Assembly: GCA_031409655.1 (NCBI GenBank)
Contig: JANNXQ010000214.1
Coordinates: 1-56,923 of the forward strand
Direction: 5' to 3'
Length of the DNA: 56,923 bases
Source of the DNA: Chthoniobacteraceae bacterium
GTDB taxonomy: Bacteria > Verrucomicrobiota > Verrucomicrobiia > Chthoniobacterales > Chthoniobacteraceae
Shown here piece by piece: positions 18,386 through 26,826 of this stretch; position 1 is the first letter of the stretch, and each line of letters begins with the position of its first letter. The notes beneath the pieces were generated by a model, which did no database searches, was not told the DNA's origin, and was given only the letters and a program-made list of their open reading frames with translations. The position numbers and the translations under genes were made by a program.

Positions 18386-21067
18386 TCACTCCTCCTGCAC
18401 CCGCGCGACCATGTTCATGCAGCGCGTGACGATCGCCGTCCAGCCCGTCTGATGACTCGCGCCGAGGCCCGCGCCGGTGTCGCCGTGGAAGAATTCGTGG
18501 AACTGCACGAGGTCGCGCCAGTGCGGGTCTTCGGCGAAACGCGGGTCGCCGCCGTAGCACGGGCGGTGGCCTTTTTCGTCCGGGAGAAAAAGGCGCGCGA
18601 GGCGGGTGGAGAGTTCCGTGGCGACCTGCTGGAGATTCATCATCTGGCCGGAGCCAGTGGGGCACTCGACCTGCACACTGTCGCCGTAGAAGTGGTGGTA
18701 CTTTTCGAGCGACTCGATGAGCAGATAGTTGAGCGGAAACCAGATCGGGCCACGCCAGTTCGAGTTGCCGCCAAACATGCCCGTGGTGGAGTCGCCGGGC
18801 TCGTAGCGCAGGCAAGTCTCGGCTCCGTCGCCAGGCGCGAGATCGGCGTAGTGGGGGTGCTGCTCGTAGTGCTTCGAGAGCGAGCGGATGCCGTAGGGCG
18901 AGAGGAATTCTGCTTCATCGAGGACGTAGCGCAGCACGCGCAGGAGGCGCTCCTTGCTCGGGATGGCGAGCAGCCGCATCTCGGTGCATGAGCGATCCGC
19001 CGGCGTGCAGCGCTCCATGTAGCTCACATGGCGCCCGAGGTCTTTCCGATGATCGAGGAACCAGCGCATCCGCTTCCGAAATCCGGGCAGCGACTTGATC
19101 GTCTCCTGATCGAGCACCTCCACCGCAAAGAGCGGAACGACGCCGACGAGCGAGCGCACCCGTAGCGGCACGGTGCGGTGATCGACGGATACGCAGTCGT
19201 AGTAAAAGCCGTCCTCTTCGTGCCACAGACCGGTGCCGCCGAGCGTGTTCATCGCATCGACGATGGCCACGAAGTGCTCGAAGAATTTCGAGGCGATGTC
19301 TTCGTAGGCCTGGTTCTCACGAGCGAGTTCGAGCGCCATCGAGAGCATCGTGCCGCAGTAGAAAGCCATCCACGCCGTGGCGTCCGCCTGCTCCAGCGTG
19401 CCGCCGCCGGGCAGCGGCTTCGAGCGGTCGAAGAGACCGATATTGTCGAGGCCGAGGAAACCGCCGGCGAAGATGTTTTTCCCCGAGGGATCCTTGCGAT
19501 TCACCCACCAGGTAAAGTTCATCAGCAGCTTCTGAAAACAGCGCTCGAGGAAGCCCTGGTCGCGGCCTTCAGCGCGGCCCGCGATTTTGTAAACCCGCCA
19601 GCAAGCCCAGGCATGGACCGGCGGATTCACGTCGGAGAAGTTCCACTCGTAGGCCGGGATTTGTCCGTTCGGCGCCATGAACCACTCGCGCAGCAGGAGC
19701 CGCAGGTGGCGCTTGGCGTAGTGCGGATCGACGCGCGACATCGGGATCATGTGGAAAGCTACATCCCACGCGGCATACCACGGGTACTCCCACTTATCGG
19801 GCATCGAAAGCACATCGGAGTTGAAGAGGTGCGGCCAGTCCGCGTTGCGCGATTCCGCGTGCCCGCGGGGCGGCGGCGGCAGCGCCGGATCGCCGTGCTG
19901 CCAGTCCTTCACGACGTAGTGGTAGAACTGTTTCGTCCAGAGCAGCCCGGCATACGCCTGGCGCATCACCTGGCGCTGGGCCGGATGCATATGCGGCGCA
20001 AACTTCGTCTCGTAAAACGCCTCCGCCTCCGCCCGCCGTTGCGCGAAGATCGTCTCGAACGTTGCCTCATCGAGCACCAGCGGCTCGCCCACCGACGAGA
20101 GCCGCAAGCGCAGCGTCACCGAACCGCCCGCGGGAATCTCGAGCACGTAATGCGCAGCCGCTTTCGTTCCGCAGCCGTCCGGCTTCACCGCATCGGGCCT
20201 TCCCTCGACCACGTATTCGTGAAACGCATCCTTCACAAAAGGCGACGCGCTCGGCACGCCGAAGAGTCGCTCGTGGTTCGACTCATTCTCCGTGAAAAGG
20301 AACTCCGGTTCGACGCCGTCACACTTCTTCGCCTGAAAGTGAAACTCACCGAGCGTGGGATGCGTGGCTTGCAGCAGGGTGCTGCTCTTTTGCTCGATCA
20401 TCGGTCGCGATTCGCGCTCGCCAGTCCACGTCCAGGTATTGCGGAACCACAGCGTCGGCAGGACATGCAGCGGCGCGGCCTCGGGTCCGCGATTCGCGAT
20501 GGTGATGCGGATGAGCAGATCCTCCGGCCCCGCCTTCGCATACTCCGCATACACGTCGAAGTAACGGTCTTCGTCGAAGACCCCAGTGTCGTTGATTTCA
20601 AACTCCGGCTCATCCTTCGAGCGCCGCCCATTTTCCTCCACCAGCCGCGCGTAAGGAAACTCCCCCTGCGGATACTTGTAGAGCGCGCGGAGGAAGGAAT
20701 GCGTCGGCGTCGAGTCGAGATACCAATACCACTCCTTCACATCCTCCCCGTGATTCCCCTGCGGATTCGAGAGCCCGAAGAGCCGCTCCTTCAAAATCGG
20801 GTCGCGCCCATTCCACAGCGCGAGCGAGAAACACAACCGGCACTCGCGATCACAAATCCCGAGCAGCCCATCCTCGCCCCAACGATAGGCCCGGCTCCGC
20901 GCGTGCTCGTGCGGCAGGTAATTCCACGCATCCCCATTCGCCGAATAATCCTCCCGCACCGTCCCCCACTGCCGCTCCGCCAGATACGGCCCCCAGCGTT
21001 TCCAATTTTTCTCCCGCGCCGCGTCTTCGGCGAGACGGAGGTGCTCGGGGGTGTCGTGATCGGCCAT
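18386..21067 (-). CDS. MGH1-like/GH63 glycoside hydrolase (glucosidase)
   Basis: WGPYLAERQWGTVREDYS, MPDKWEYPWYAAWD, FLGLDNIG, NSNWRGPIW, GLGASHQTGWT. Confidence 0.9.
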   Translation of the reverse strand: MADHDTPEHLRLAEDAAREKNWKRWGPYLAERQWGTVREDYSANGDAWNYLPHEHARSRAYRWGEDGLLGICDRECRLCFSLALWNGRDPILKERLFGLSNPQGNHGEDVKEWYWYLDSTPTHSFLRALYKYPQGEFPYARLVEENGRRSKDEPEFEINDTGVFDEDRYFDVYAEYAKAGPEDLLIRITIANRGPEAAPLHVLPTLWFRNTWTWTGERESRPMIEQKSSTLLQATHPTLGEFHFQAKKCDGVEPEFLFTENESNHERLFGVPSASPFVKDAFHEYVVEGRPDAVKPDGCGTKAAAHYVLEIPAGGSVTLRLRLSSVGEPLVLDEATFETIFAQRRAEAEAFYETKFAPHMHPAQRQVMRQAYAGLLWTKQFYHYVVKDWQHGDPALPPPPRGHAESRNADWPHLFNSDVLSMPDKWEYPWYAAWDVAFHMIPMSRVDPHYAKRHLRLLLREWFMAPNGQIPAYEWNFSDVNPPVHAWACWRVYKIAGRAEGRDQGFLERCFQKLLMNFTWWVNRKDPSGKNIFAGGFLGLDNIGLFDRSKPLPGGGTLEQADATAWMAFYCGTMLSMALELARENQAYEDIASKFFEHFVAIVDAMNTLGGTGLWHEEDGFYYDCVSVDHRTVPLRVRSLVGVVPLFAVEVLDQETIKSLPGFRKRMRWFLDHRKDLGRHVSYMERCTPADRSCTEMRLLAIPSKERLLRVLRYVLDEAEFLSPYGIRSLSKHYEQHPHYADLAPGDGAETCLRYEPGDSTTGMFGGNSNWRGPIWFPLNYLLIESLEKYHHFYGDSVQVECPTGSGQMMNLQQVATELSTRLARLFLPDEKGHRPCYGGDPRFAEDPHWRDLVQFHEFFHGDTGAGLGASHQTGWTAIVTRCMNMVARVQEE

Positions 21068-21082
21068 CAGGGGGACAGCAAC

Positions 21083-21292
21083 TCAGGAACCCGCGCCATC
21101 TGCAAGTCGATCAGACTCCTTCCAGCTCCGAAGCTGGGCGTTCACTTGCGCCCTCGCTTGCTCAAAGGGAATCCCGCGCTTTGTGGAAAAGTAACGCATC
21201 TTCTCGACGAGTTCCGGCGGGGCTTGAATCACCGGGGGAAGAGGGCACGACTTCTTCACTGCCGGTTTCTTCTGCGCAGGCAAGGGGCTCAT
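21083..21292 (-). CDS. Small basic hypothetical protein (69 aa)
   Basis: ATG overlaps the nucleotidyltransferase stop (ATGA); fills the gap before the GH63 gene. Confidence 0.45.
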   Translation of the reverse strand: MSPLPAQKKPAVKKSCPLPPVIQAPPELVEKMRYFSTKRGIPFEQARAQVNAQLRSWKESDRLADGAGS

Positions 21293-22203
21293 GGCACCAG
21301 CATTTCGCCATTTCCATGCACGATGCAACCCTCCAACTTGGCGCCTGGCGCGACCTCCACGTCTTCCCATACGACGCAATCGTGCAGTCGCGCGCCCTCG
21401 CGGATTCTGGCACGCTCCCCAATGGCAGTCGCACCGCTGATTTGCGCATCCGGCGCAATGTTTGCGCTCGGCGTAATCCATTCCGAATTCCGGTTTCCGA
21501 CTTCCGACTTCCGCAGCGCCCGATGCACCGCGAGATACTGCTCCGGCGTCCCGAGGTCCCACCACTCGCCATCGTCGATGACCACGCCGCCGACGGCCAC
21601 GCCCGCGCGAATCATGTCGCAAAAGATCGGCACGACGCTGATCACGGTGGCAGCCGGGATGCGCGCGAGGAATTCCGGGGCCATGAGGCAGATGCCGGTG
21701 AAAAGGAACCCGCCGCCACGACCGAACGTGTTGCGGAGATCGACGACGCGCCCATGCTCGAACGCCACGTTCAACGTTCCGCCGCTGGAGCGCAGGATGA
21801 GCGTCACTTCATTCCCCGAGTCGAAGTGCGCGCGCAGGGCTGGTTCGAGCGGGAGGGTGCTGAGGATGTCGCCGTTATAGACCCAGAAGGGGCCGCCGCG
21901 CAGGAGGTCTTCGGCGTGCTTGATCCCGCCCGCGGTCTCGAGCACTTGCGGCGACTCGTGGCGGAAAGTGATCGGCGCACCGCGATACGTTTTCTCGGGA
22001 AAGGCCGCGGCGTAGGCTTCCGCGCGCCAGTGCGTATTCACCACGAACCGCTCCACGGCCGCGTCGAGCAGGTGATCGAAGGCGTAGGTGATGAGCGGGC
22101 GATTGACGACCGGGATGAGCGGCTTCGGTCGGCGGGAAGTGAGCGCCTTCAGCCGCGTGCCGAGGCCGGCGCCGAGGACGAAGGCGTTCTGGATGATCTT
22201 CAT
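21289..22203 (-). CDS. Sugar-phosphate nucleotidyltransferase (MurU/mannose-1-P guanylyltransferase-like) with short C-terminal beta-helix
   Basis: GAGLGTRLKALT..RPKPL, LETAGG, NGD, WWDLGTPEQY; hexapeptide-like tail. Confidence 0.88.
   Translation of the reverse strand: MKIIQNAFVLGAGLGTRLKALTSRRPKPLIPVVNRPLITYAFDHLLDAAVERFVVNTHWRAEAYAAAFPEKTYRGAPITFRHESPQVLETAGGIKHAEDLLRGGPFWVYNGDILSTLPLEPALRAHFDSGNEVTLILRSSGGTLNVAFEHGRVVDLRNTFGRGGGFLFTGICLMAPEFLARIPAATVISVVPIFCDMIRAGVAVGGVVIDDGEWWDLGTPEQYLAVHRALRKSEVGNRNSEWITPSANIAPDAQISGATAIGERARIREGARLHDCVVWEDVEVAPGAKLEGCIVHGNGEMLVP
21480..21513. repeat. Single-arm heptamer array C (unit TTCCGAC) inside the nucleotidyltransferase CDS
   Basis: TTCCGAA TTCCGGT TTCCGAC TTCCGAC TTCCG; encodes RKSEVGNRNSE. 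Confidence 0.7.
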
Positions 22204-22235
22204 GGAGAGCGGACGCGCGGAGAGGAGGCGCAACG

Positions 22236-22298
22236 CAAGGAGTAGGGGCGCCCTCGCCCCGTGTTTCAGACTCGGGGCGGGGGCGCCCCGGCTCCTTG
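22236..22298. repeat. GTAG-type REP-like palindromic doublet (intergenic copy)
   Basis: CAAGGAGTAGGGGCGCCCTCGCCCCG, 11 nt spacer, near-complementary arm; second copy at 31946-32009. Confidence 0.8.
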
Positions 22299-22300
22299 AT

Positions 22301-22843
22301 TCACTCCATCCCGAGATGCTCTTTCCCTGCGGGCGAGATGAGCGCCGGGCTCCACGGCGGATCCCACACGAGTTCGACGTTCGCAGCGGCCACGCCGGGG
22401 ACGGTGAGGATGCGTTGCTCGGCGTCACGGGCGATCGTCGGGCCCATGCCACAACCGGGCGCAGTGAGCGTCATCTTCACGCTTACGCGCTGGCCTTTGC
22501 CGCTCTCGTCGTCGGCAAAATCGACGCTGTAGATCAGGCCGAGGTCCACGATGTTCACGGGGATTTCCGGGTCGAAACATTCGCGCAATTGTGCCCACAC
22601 TTTCTCCGTCTCGAAGGGGCCTTCGTCTGCGGCTTTCGCCGCGACTTCGTGGCCGAGGGCGTCGGCATCGCTCGCGGCGATGCGGAAGAGTCCGGCCTGG
22701 CTGGCCACATGCACGGTGAAGCTGCCGCCAAGCGCCTGGGTCACGAGCACGCCGGTGCCCGCCGGCAGCGCGACCACCGCGCCGCTGGGAATCTGCGTCG
22801 CGTCGATGTCGCGGGTGAGGCTGGTGTAGCCGCCCTCGCTCAT
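22301..22843 (-). CDS. sufT: Fe-S cluster assembly protein SufT (DUF59, long form)
   Basis: TQALGGSFTV N-domain, DPEIPVNIVDLGLIY, MTLTAPGCGMG, VWDPPW. Confidence 0.9.
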   Translation of the reverse strand: MSEGGYTSLTRDIDATQIPSGAVVALPAGTGVLVTQALGGSFTVHVASQAGLFRIAASDADALGHEVAAKAADEGPFETEKVWAQLRECFDPEIPVNIVDLGLIYSVDFADDESGKGQRVSVKMTLTAPGCGMGPTIARDAEQRILTVPGVAAANVELVWDPPWSPALISPAGKEHLGME

Positions 22844-23355
22844 TCGCCCCTCCCATTCTTCGAGCCACCGCCGCCTTTGCGGTCGAGGTATTCTTCCACG
22901 CGGAGGAGATTGCCTTCGCCAGCGCGCTGGACGATCGCGAGGAGATCTTCCATGGAGGCCACTTCCTCGAGCTGCTCCTGGACGAACCACTGGAGAAACT
23001 GATCGGTGGTGTAGTCGCTTTCGCCCTTGGCGAGGCCGACGAGGCGATTGACCTGCGCGGTCACTTTCTTCTCCTGCTCGAGCGAAATCTTCACCGCGTC
23101 CTCGGCGAATTTGAACGCCCCCTGCGGCGCGGGGATCGCCGGGATGGCGACCTGTCCGCCGGTATCGAGGATGAATTTGATGAACTTGTGCGCGTGCGTT
23201 TTTTCCTCCTCGGCCTGGACCTGGAAGTGCGCGGCGAGTAGCGGGAGCGTCTCGCGATCGAAGTGCGCGGCGATGGCCACGTATTGCAGCATGGCGGTGA
23301 ATTCGTTGCCAACCTGTTCATTCAGCGCGGCGAGGACTTTTTCGGAGATGAGCAT
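22840..23355 (-). CDS. Ferritin (non-heme)
   Basis: LNEQVGNE, QAEEEKTHA, EQEKKVT, FLQWFVQEQLEE ferroxidase residues. Confidence 0.92.
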   Translation of the reverse strand: MLISEKVLAALNEQVGNEFTAMLQYVAIAAHFDRETLPLLAAHFQVQAEEEKTHAHKFIKFILDTGGQVAIPAIPAPQGAFKFAEDAVKISLEQEKKVTAQVNRLVGLAKGESDYTTDQFLQWFVQEQLEEVASMEDLLAIVQRAGEGNLLRVEEYLDRKGGGGSKNGRGE

Positions 23356-23358
23356 GGG

Positions 23359-23466
23359 AAGAGTTGAGGGTTGTTGGTTGAGAGTTGGGAGGAAGATTCG
23401 CTGCGCACGAAGCGCGTCTGGAATGAGCAAACGTAGGGGTCGCTCAACACTCAACCCTCAACTTTT
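23359..23466. repeat. Heptamer-periodic imperfect inverted repeat element D (unit GTTGAGR)
   Basis: GAGTTGAGGGTTGTTGGTTGAGAGTTG ... CTCAACACTCAACCCTCAACTT; 12-nt core AGTTGAGGGTTG is exactly complementary. Confidence 0.7.
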
Positions 23467-24110
23467 CCTGCAAAGAGCACCGCGAGATCGCGCGACTGTT
23501 CCTGAATCTTCTCGGCGATCTTGCCGCGCGCCAGGGCGTAGTCGCTGCACAGGCCGTAGAGCGCTTCGCTGGCTTCGTCGAAGCGACCAAGCTGCCGCAG
23601 GGCTTCGGCGCGGAAGAGCAGGATTTCGTGGTCGCCGTTGGCGCACAGCTCGATCATCCGCGTCATGTTCGCGATTTGGCGTTCATCGCGTTCATCGCGC
23701 TCGGCGGGCTGGGTGCCGGCTTTGCGGAAGCGGTCATTGCCTCGCCACCACGCATGGACGCGCAATTCGAGTTCGTGTTCGGGATTCATCGCCATCCCGG
23801 AAGCGAGCCCCTCGTAGTAGCCCTCTTCGTCGAGCGCCTCGATCATCGGCGCATCCACCCAGCTGGCGAGTTCGGGCGGGAGTTCGATGCCCGGCGCATA
23901 CCAGCCGAGCTGCTTCGCTTCACCGAGCCAGTAAAACTTCTGGCACGCGGCGCAGCGGGTGACGTTCGGATGCCGCGGAACATCGGGCGCTTCCTGGTAG
24001 CCGTCCGTCCAGGAAATCGCGCCGGTGGTGTCGGCTTCCTCGATCGTTTGCAGCCGCGCGACGGCGTTGCAGTGTGGGCAGGCAAAGACGGCGTCGGGTC
24101 CGGGGGTCAT
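23451..24110 (-). CDS. Hypothetical protein with split Cys4 zinc-binding motif and C-terminal TPR-like helix pair
   Basis: CPHC...WTDG...CAAC; AEALRQLGRFDEA. Confidence 0.75.
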   Translation of the reverse strand: MTPGPDAVFACPHCNAVARLQTIEEADTTGAISWTDGYQEAPDVPRHPNVTRCAACQKFYWLGEAKQLGWYAPGIELPPELASWVDAPMIEALDEEGYYEGLASGMAMNPEHELELRVHAWWRGNDRFRKAGTQPAERDERDERQIANMTRMIELCANGDHEILLFRAEALRQLGRFDEASEALYGLCSDYALARGKIAEKIQEQSRDLAVLFAGKVEG

Positions 24111-24112
24111 GT

Positions 24113-24268
24113 GGAAAATTCCAAGTTCCGAAGTTCCAATTAAGTCCCAAAATTCAGGATAGAAATTTCCAGGAAGGGCGCGCCTCGCAGATGCGGTGAT
24201 TTGAAAATTTTACCCATTGGAGCTTGAGACTTAAATGGAACTTGGAACTTCGGAACTTGGAATTTTCC
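24113..24268. repeat. Heptamer-periodic inverted repeat element E (unit AAGTTCC)
   Basis: GGAAAATTCCAAGTTCCGAAGTTCCAA (24113-24139) is the exact reverse complement of 24242-24268. Confidence 0.9.
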
Positions 24269-24272
24269 TCCC

Positions 24273-24638
24273 TCACCGCTGGACCTTCCACCGCGTCTCT
24301 GGCGTGAGATTGATCTCCTCTTTATCCAACTGAAAGCCACACGACTGGAGCAGGTAGGCCACGCCCTCCTTGGTGCTCATCGTCTGCTTCAGGCTGTGGG
24401 CGAAGATCTCGATGTACTCCTTGTAGGAATCGAGCGCGAGGCTGCCTTCGCCGACGTAGCGGGCGAGTTCGTTGTCGTGGCTTTCGATGAGATCGCCAAG
24501 GGCGCGGCGCAGGCGCACCCGCATCACCGGATCGACGACGAGCTTGAAGGGATTGGCGCCCGGATCCGACGGCATCGGATCAGTGGCGACTTCGAAGTTG
24601 AGCGTGGTGAGAGCGGCTTCGCGGGTGAGTTCGTTCAT
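24273..24638 (-). CDS. Hypothetical cytoplasmic protein (121 aa)
   Basis: Genome-typical codon usage; start MNELTRE. Confidence 0.7.
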   Translation of the reverse strand: MNELTREAALTTLNFEVATDPMPSDPGANPFKLVVDPVMRVRLRRALGDLIESHDNELARYVGEGSLALDSYKEYIEIFAHSLKQTMSTKEGVAYLLQSCGFQLDKEEINLTPETRWKVQR

Positions 24639-24682
24639 GGAAAGGGTTGGAGCGTGCCCGTTGGGGATGAGGGCGGCAAGCT

Positions 24683-24809
24683 CTGGGAGCGCCGCCGTCC
24701 CGTGCGGCAATCGTGACGGTCGCGCGCCGCGCCACTCTCATGCGTGGCGCTTGGAAGAGGCGCTGCGCGCGGAGCGTGGATAGCCGCACGAGGACGGCGG
24801 CGCTCCCAG
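24683..24809. repeat. CTGGGAGC-type REP-like palindromic doublet
   Basis: CTGGGAGCGCCGCCGTCCCGTGCGGC (24683-24708) pairs with GCCGCACGAGGACGGCGGCGCTCCCAG (24783-24809), one indel. Confidence 0.8.
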
Positions 24810-24810
24810 G

Positions 24811-26739
24811 TCACGCCGCTGCGGGCCGGCCCTCGGGCAGTTGCGGCTCCGCGGTGTCGCGGAAACTCCGCCACACCCGGAGCGGGAGCATCGCCAGCAG
24901 AATGAGGAGGACTTGCGTGCCGTTGAAAAGCATCAGCCAGCGGAACGCCGCATCCATGAAGCCGTAACTGTGCAGGCCAATGCCGAGCATGTTCACGCCA
25001 AACCAGCTCCATGCGGTGACGATATTCCCGCCGATCGCGAGCGCCATGAGGCCGCGCTCCTTCACGAGGCCGCCCCAGCGGGCGTGCAGGATGAGCGCAT
25101 TCCAGAGCACGATGATGAGCGCGCCGTTTTCCTTCGGGTCCCAGCCCCAGAAACGGCCCCAGCTTTGATCCGCCCAGATGCCGCCAAGCACCGTGCCGAC
25201 GAAACTGAAGAGCGCCGCAAAGCAAACGATGCCATAGACCATTTTGGTCAGCGATTTGCCCGTGGCTGGGTCGAGGCCTTTGGTGAAAAGCCCACGCACG
25301 ATGTACACGATCGCCAGGAAGCCGGCGACGAAAGTGGCCGAGTAGCCGAGCGTGATCACCACAACGTGGGTCGCGAGCCAGAAGTTCGTGTCGAGCACGG
25401 CGCGCATCATTTCCATGGTGTCGCCGCTGAGCGAAAGGTGGTGCGCCACGATGAGCGTGAGGAAACCGACGACGCTGGAGACGACGATGCCGATCGAGTT
25501 CCGCCAGAATTTTTCCAGGATCAGCCCGAGGATGCACGCGCCCCAGCCGATGAAGATCGCGGACGAGTAGAGATTCGTGACCGGCGGGCGGCCTTCGAGG
25601 GTCATGCGGAAAATGAGGCCCGCGGTGTGAATGATGAGGGCGAGCACCACGAGCCACATGGCACTGCGGCGTAGCCATTCAAAGCGACTCGGCGAGATCC
25701 AGAAGCCGAGCGCAAAGAGCCCGGCGATGACGTAGAGCGTCATCGATTTGTAGAAGGGCTCGAAGGCATTGAAGCGATGCTCGCTCTGCGTTTTCTTTAA
25801 CTGCGGCGCAAACTCGGTGGCCAGCGCTCCCCGATAATCGGTGACGGCGCGATTGAAGTCATCACTGCGTCCGCCGCGATACGCGCCCGCCATTTTCACA
25901 TACGCGGCGATGGAAAAGTGCGGGGCATCGCCGCGGGCGACTTCCATGAGGGCCTCGCCCATGCGCATCCAGTCGTGTTGATGATCGCCCGCGCCATGCG
26001 GCGGGACGAGGAGCGGCGGCTCGAGTTGGCGCATCGCGTCGAAGCGGCTGAGGTCCGTCATGAGTACCTCGAGCGCAGCTTCGTCGAAGGTTTGACCCGC
26101 CTGCTGGGCCCGCGCGGCGGTCACGCCGGCAGGGACGCGTTCGCGATACTGGGCAAATTCCTCGGGCCAGTTCTTCGCATTCTGCGGCTGGAGCGTGTTT
26201 TGCAGCCGCATGTAGATGCCGACGGCATTGTAGAGGCGGAGTACGGCCTGGTCGAAAGGCGTGCGGAGGGATTGATCGAGCTTCTGCGCGCGATTCACCT
26301 CGGCTTGCAGCTCGGCGAGCTTTCCGCGGATTTGCAGCCAGGAGAAATGTTTGCCATCCGTCTCCTTCCCGGCATCGGCATCCATCGGCAGACCGAGCAG
26401 GCCTTTCACGTCGGGGTGGTCGATGCGGATGACGGGGTAAGTGTCCGCCGTCGCCGGGTCCATCAACATCGCCATGAGCCACTCGGTCGCCGAGAGGATC
26501 TTCGGCTTCGCCATGTTATCCTTCCACGGCTCGAGATTGGCGGTCTGCTTCTCGCGGAGCTGCAGGAGGGAGTTGCGCGCCAGCGAATCGAGCGGCTGCA
26601 CCCGGCCATTGGTGAGCACCGGCAGGCGGCCAAATTCCTGCACGGCTAACTCGCCGGGTTTGTCTTTGGTTGGCACGAGCGCCTTCCCCGCCCAGACGGC
26701 GAAGACGGCTAAGATGATGAGAGGGAGACGCTTCTTCAT
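24811..26739 (-). CDS. ccsA: Cytochrome c biogenesis protein CcsA/ResC with large N-terminal periplasmic domain
   Basis: GRVQPLDSLAR, GRPPVTNLY, WLATHV, WWD motif WADQSWGRFWGWDPKE, GLHSY. Confidence 0.93.
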   Translation of the reverse strand: MKKRLPLIILAVFAVWAGKALVPTKDKPGELAVQEFGRLPVLTNGRVQPLDSLARNSLLQLREKQTANLEPWKDNMAKPKILSATEWLMAMLMDPATADTYPVIRIDHPDVKGLLGLPMDADAGKETDGKHFSWLQIRGKLAELQAEVNRAQKLDQSLRTPFDQAVLRLYNAVGIYMRLQNTLQPQNAKNWPEEFAQYRERVPAGVTAARAQQAGQTFDEAALEVLMTDLSRFDAMRQLEPPLLVPPHGAGDHQHDWMRMGEALMEVARGDAPHFSIAAYVKMAGAYRGGRSDDFNRAVTDYRGALATEFAPQLKKTQSEHRFNAFEPFYKSMTLYVIAGLFALGFWISPSRFEWLRRSAMWLVVLALIIHTAGLIFRMTLEGRPPVTNLYSSAIFIGWGACILGLILEKFWRNSIGIVVSSVVGFLTLIVAHHLSLSGDTMEMMRAVLDTNFWLATHVVVITLGYSATFVAGFLAIVYIVRGLFTKGLDPATGKSLTKMVYGIVCFAALFSFVGTVLGGIWADQSWGRFWGWDPKENGALIIVLWNALILHARWGGLVKERGLMALAIGGNIVTAWSWFGVNMLGIGLHSYGFMDAAFRWLMLFNGTQVLLILLAMLPLRVWRSFRDTAEPQLPEGRPAAA

Positions 26740-26826
26740 GGTGGAGTGAGTTTGCTACTAAAATCGCGATCGGACTGGCAGGCCGAAGTCGGGGCCGACC
26801 GCGTCAATTCCGAGCGCGCATTCATC

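Noticed and set aside
23679..23702. 9-nt tandem repeat encoding ERDERDER
   Set aside because: Short in-frame low-complexity coding repeat with no further structure.
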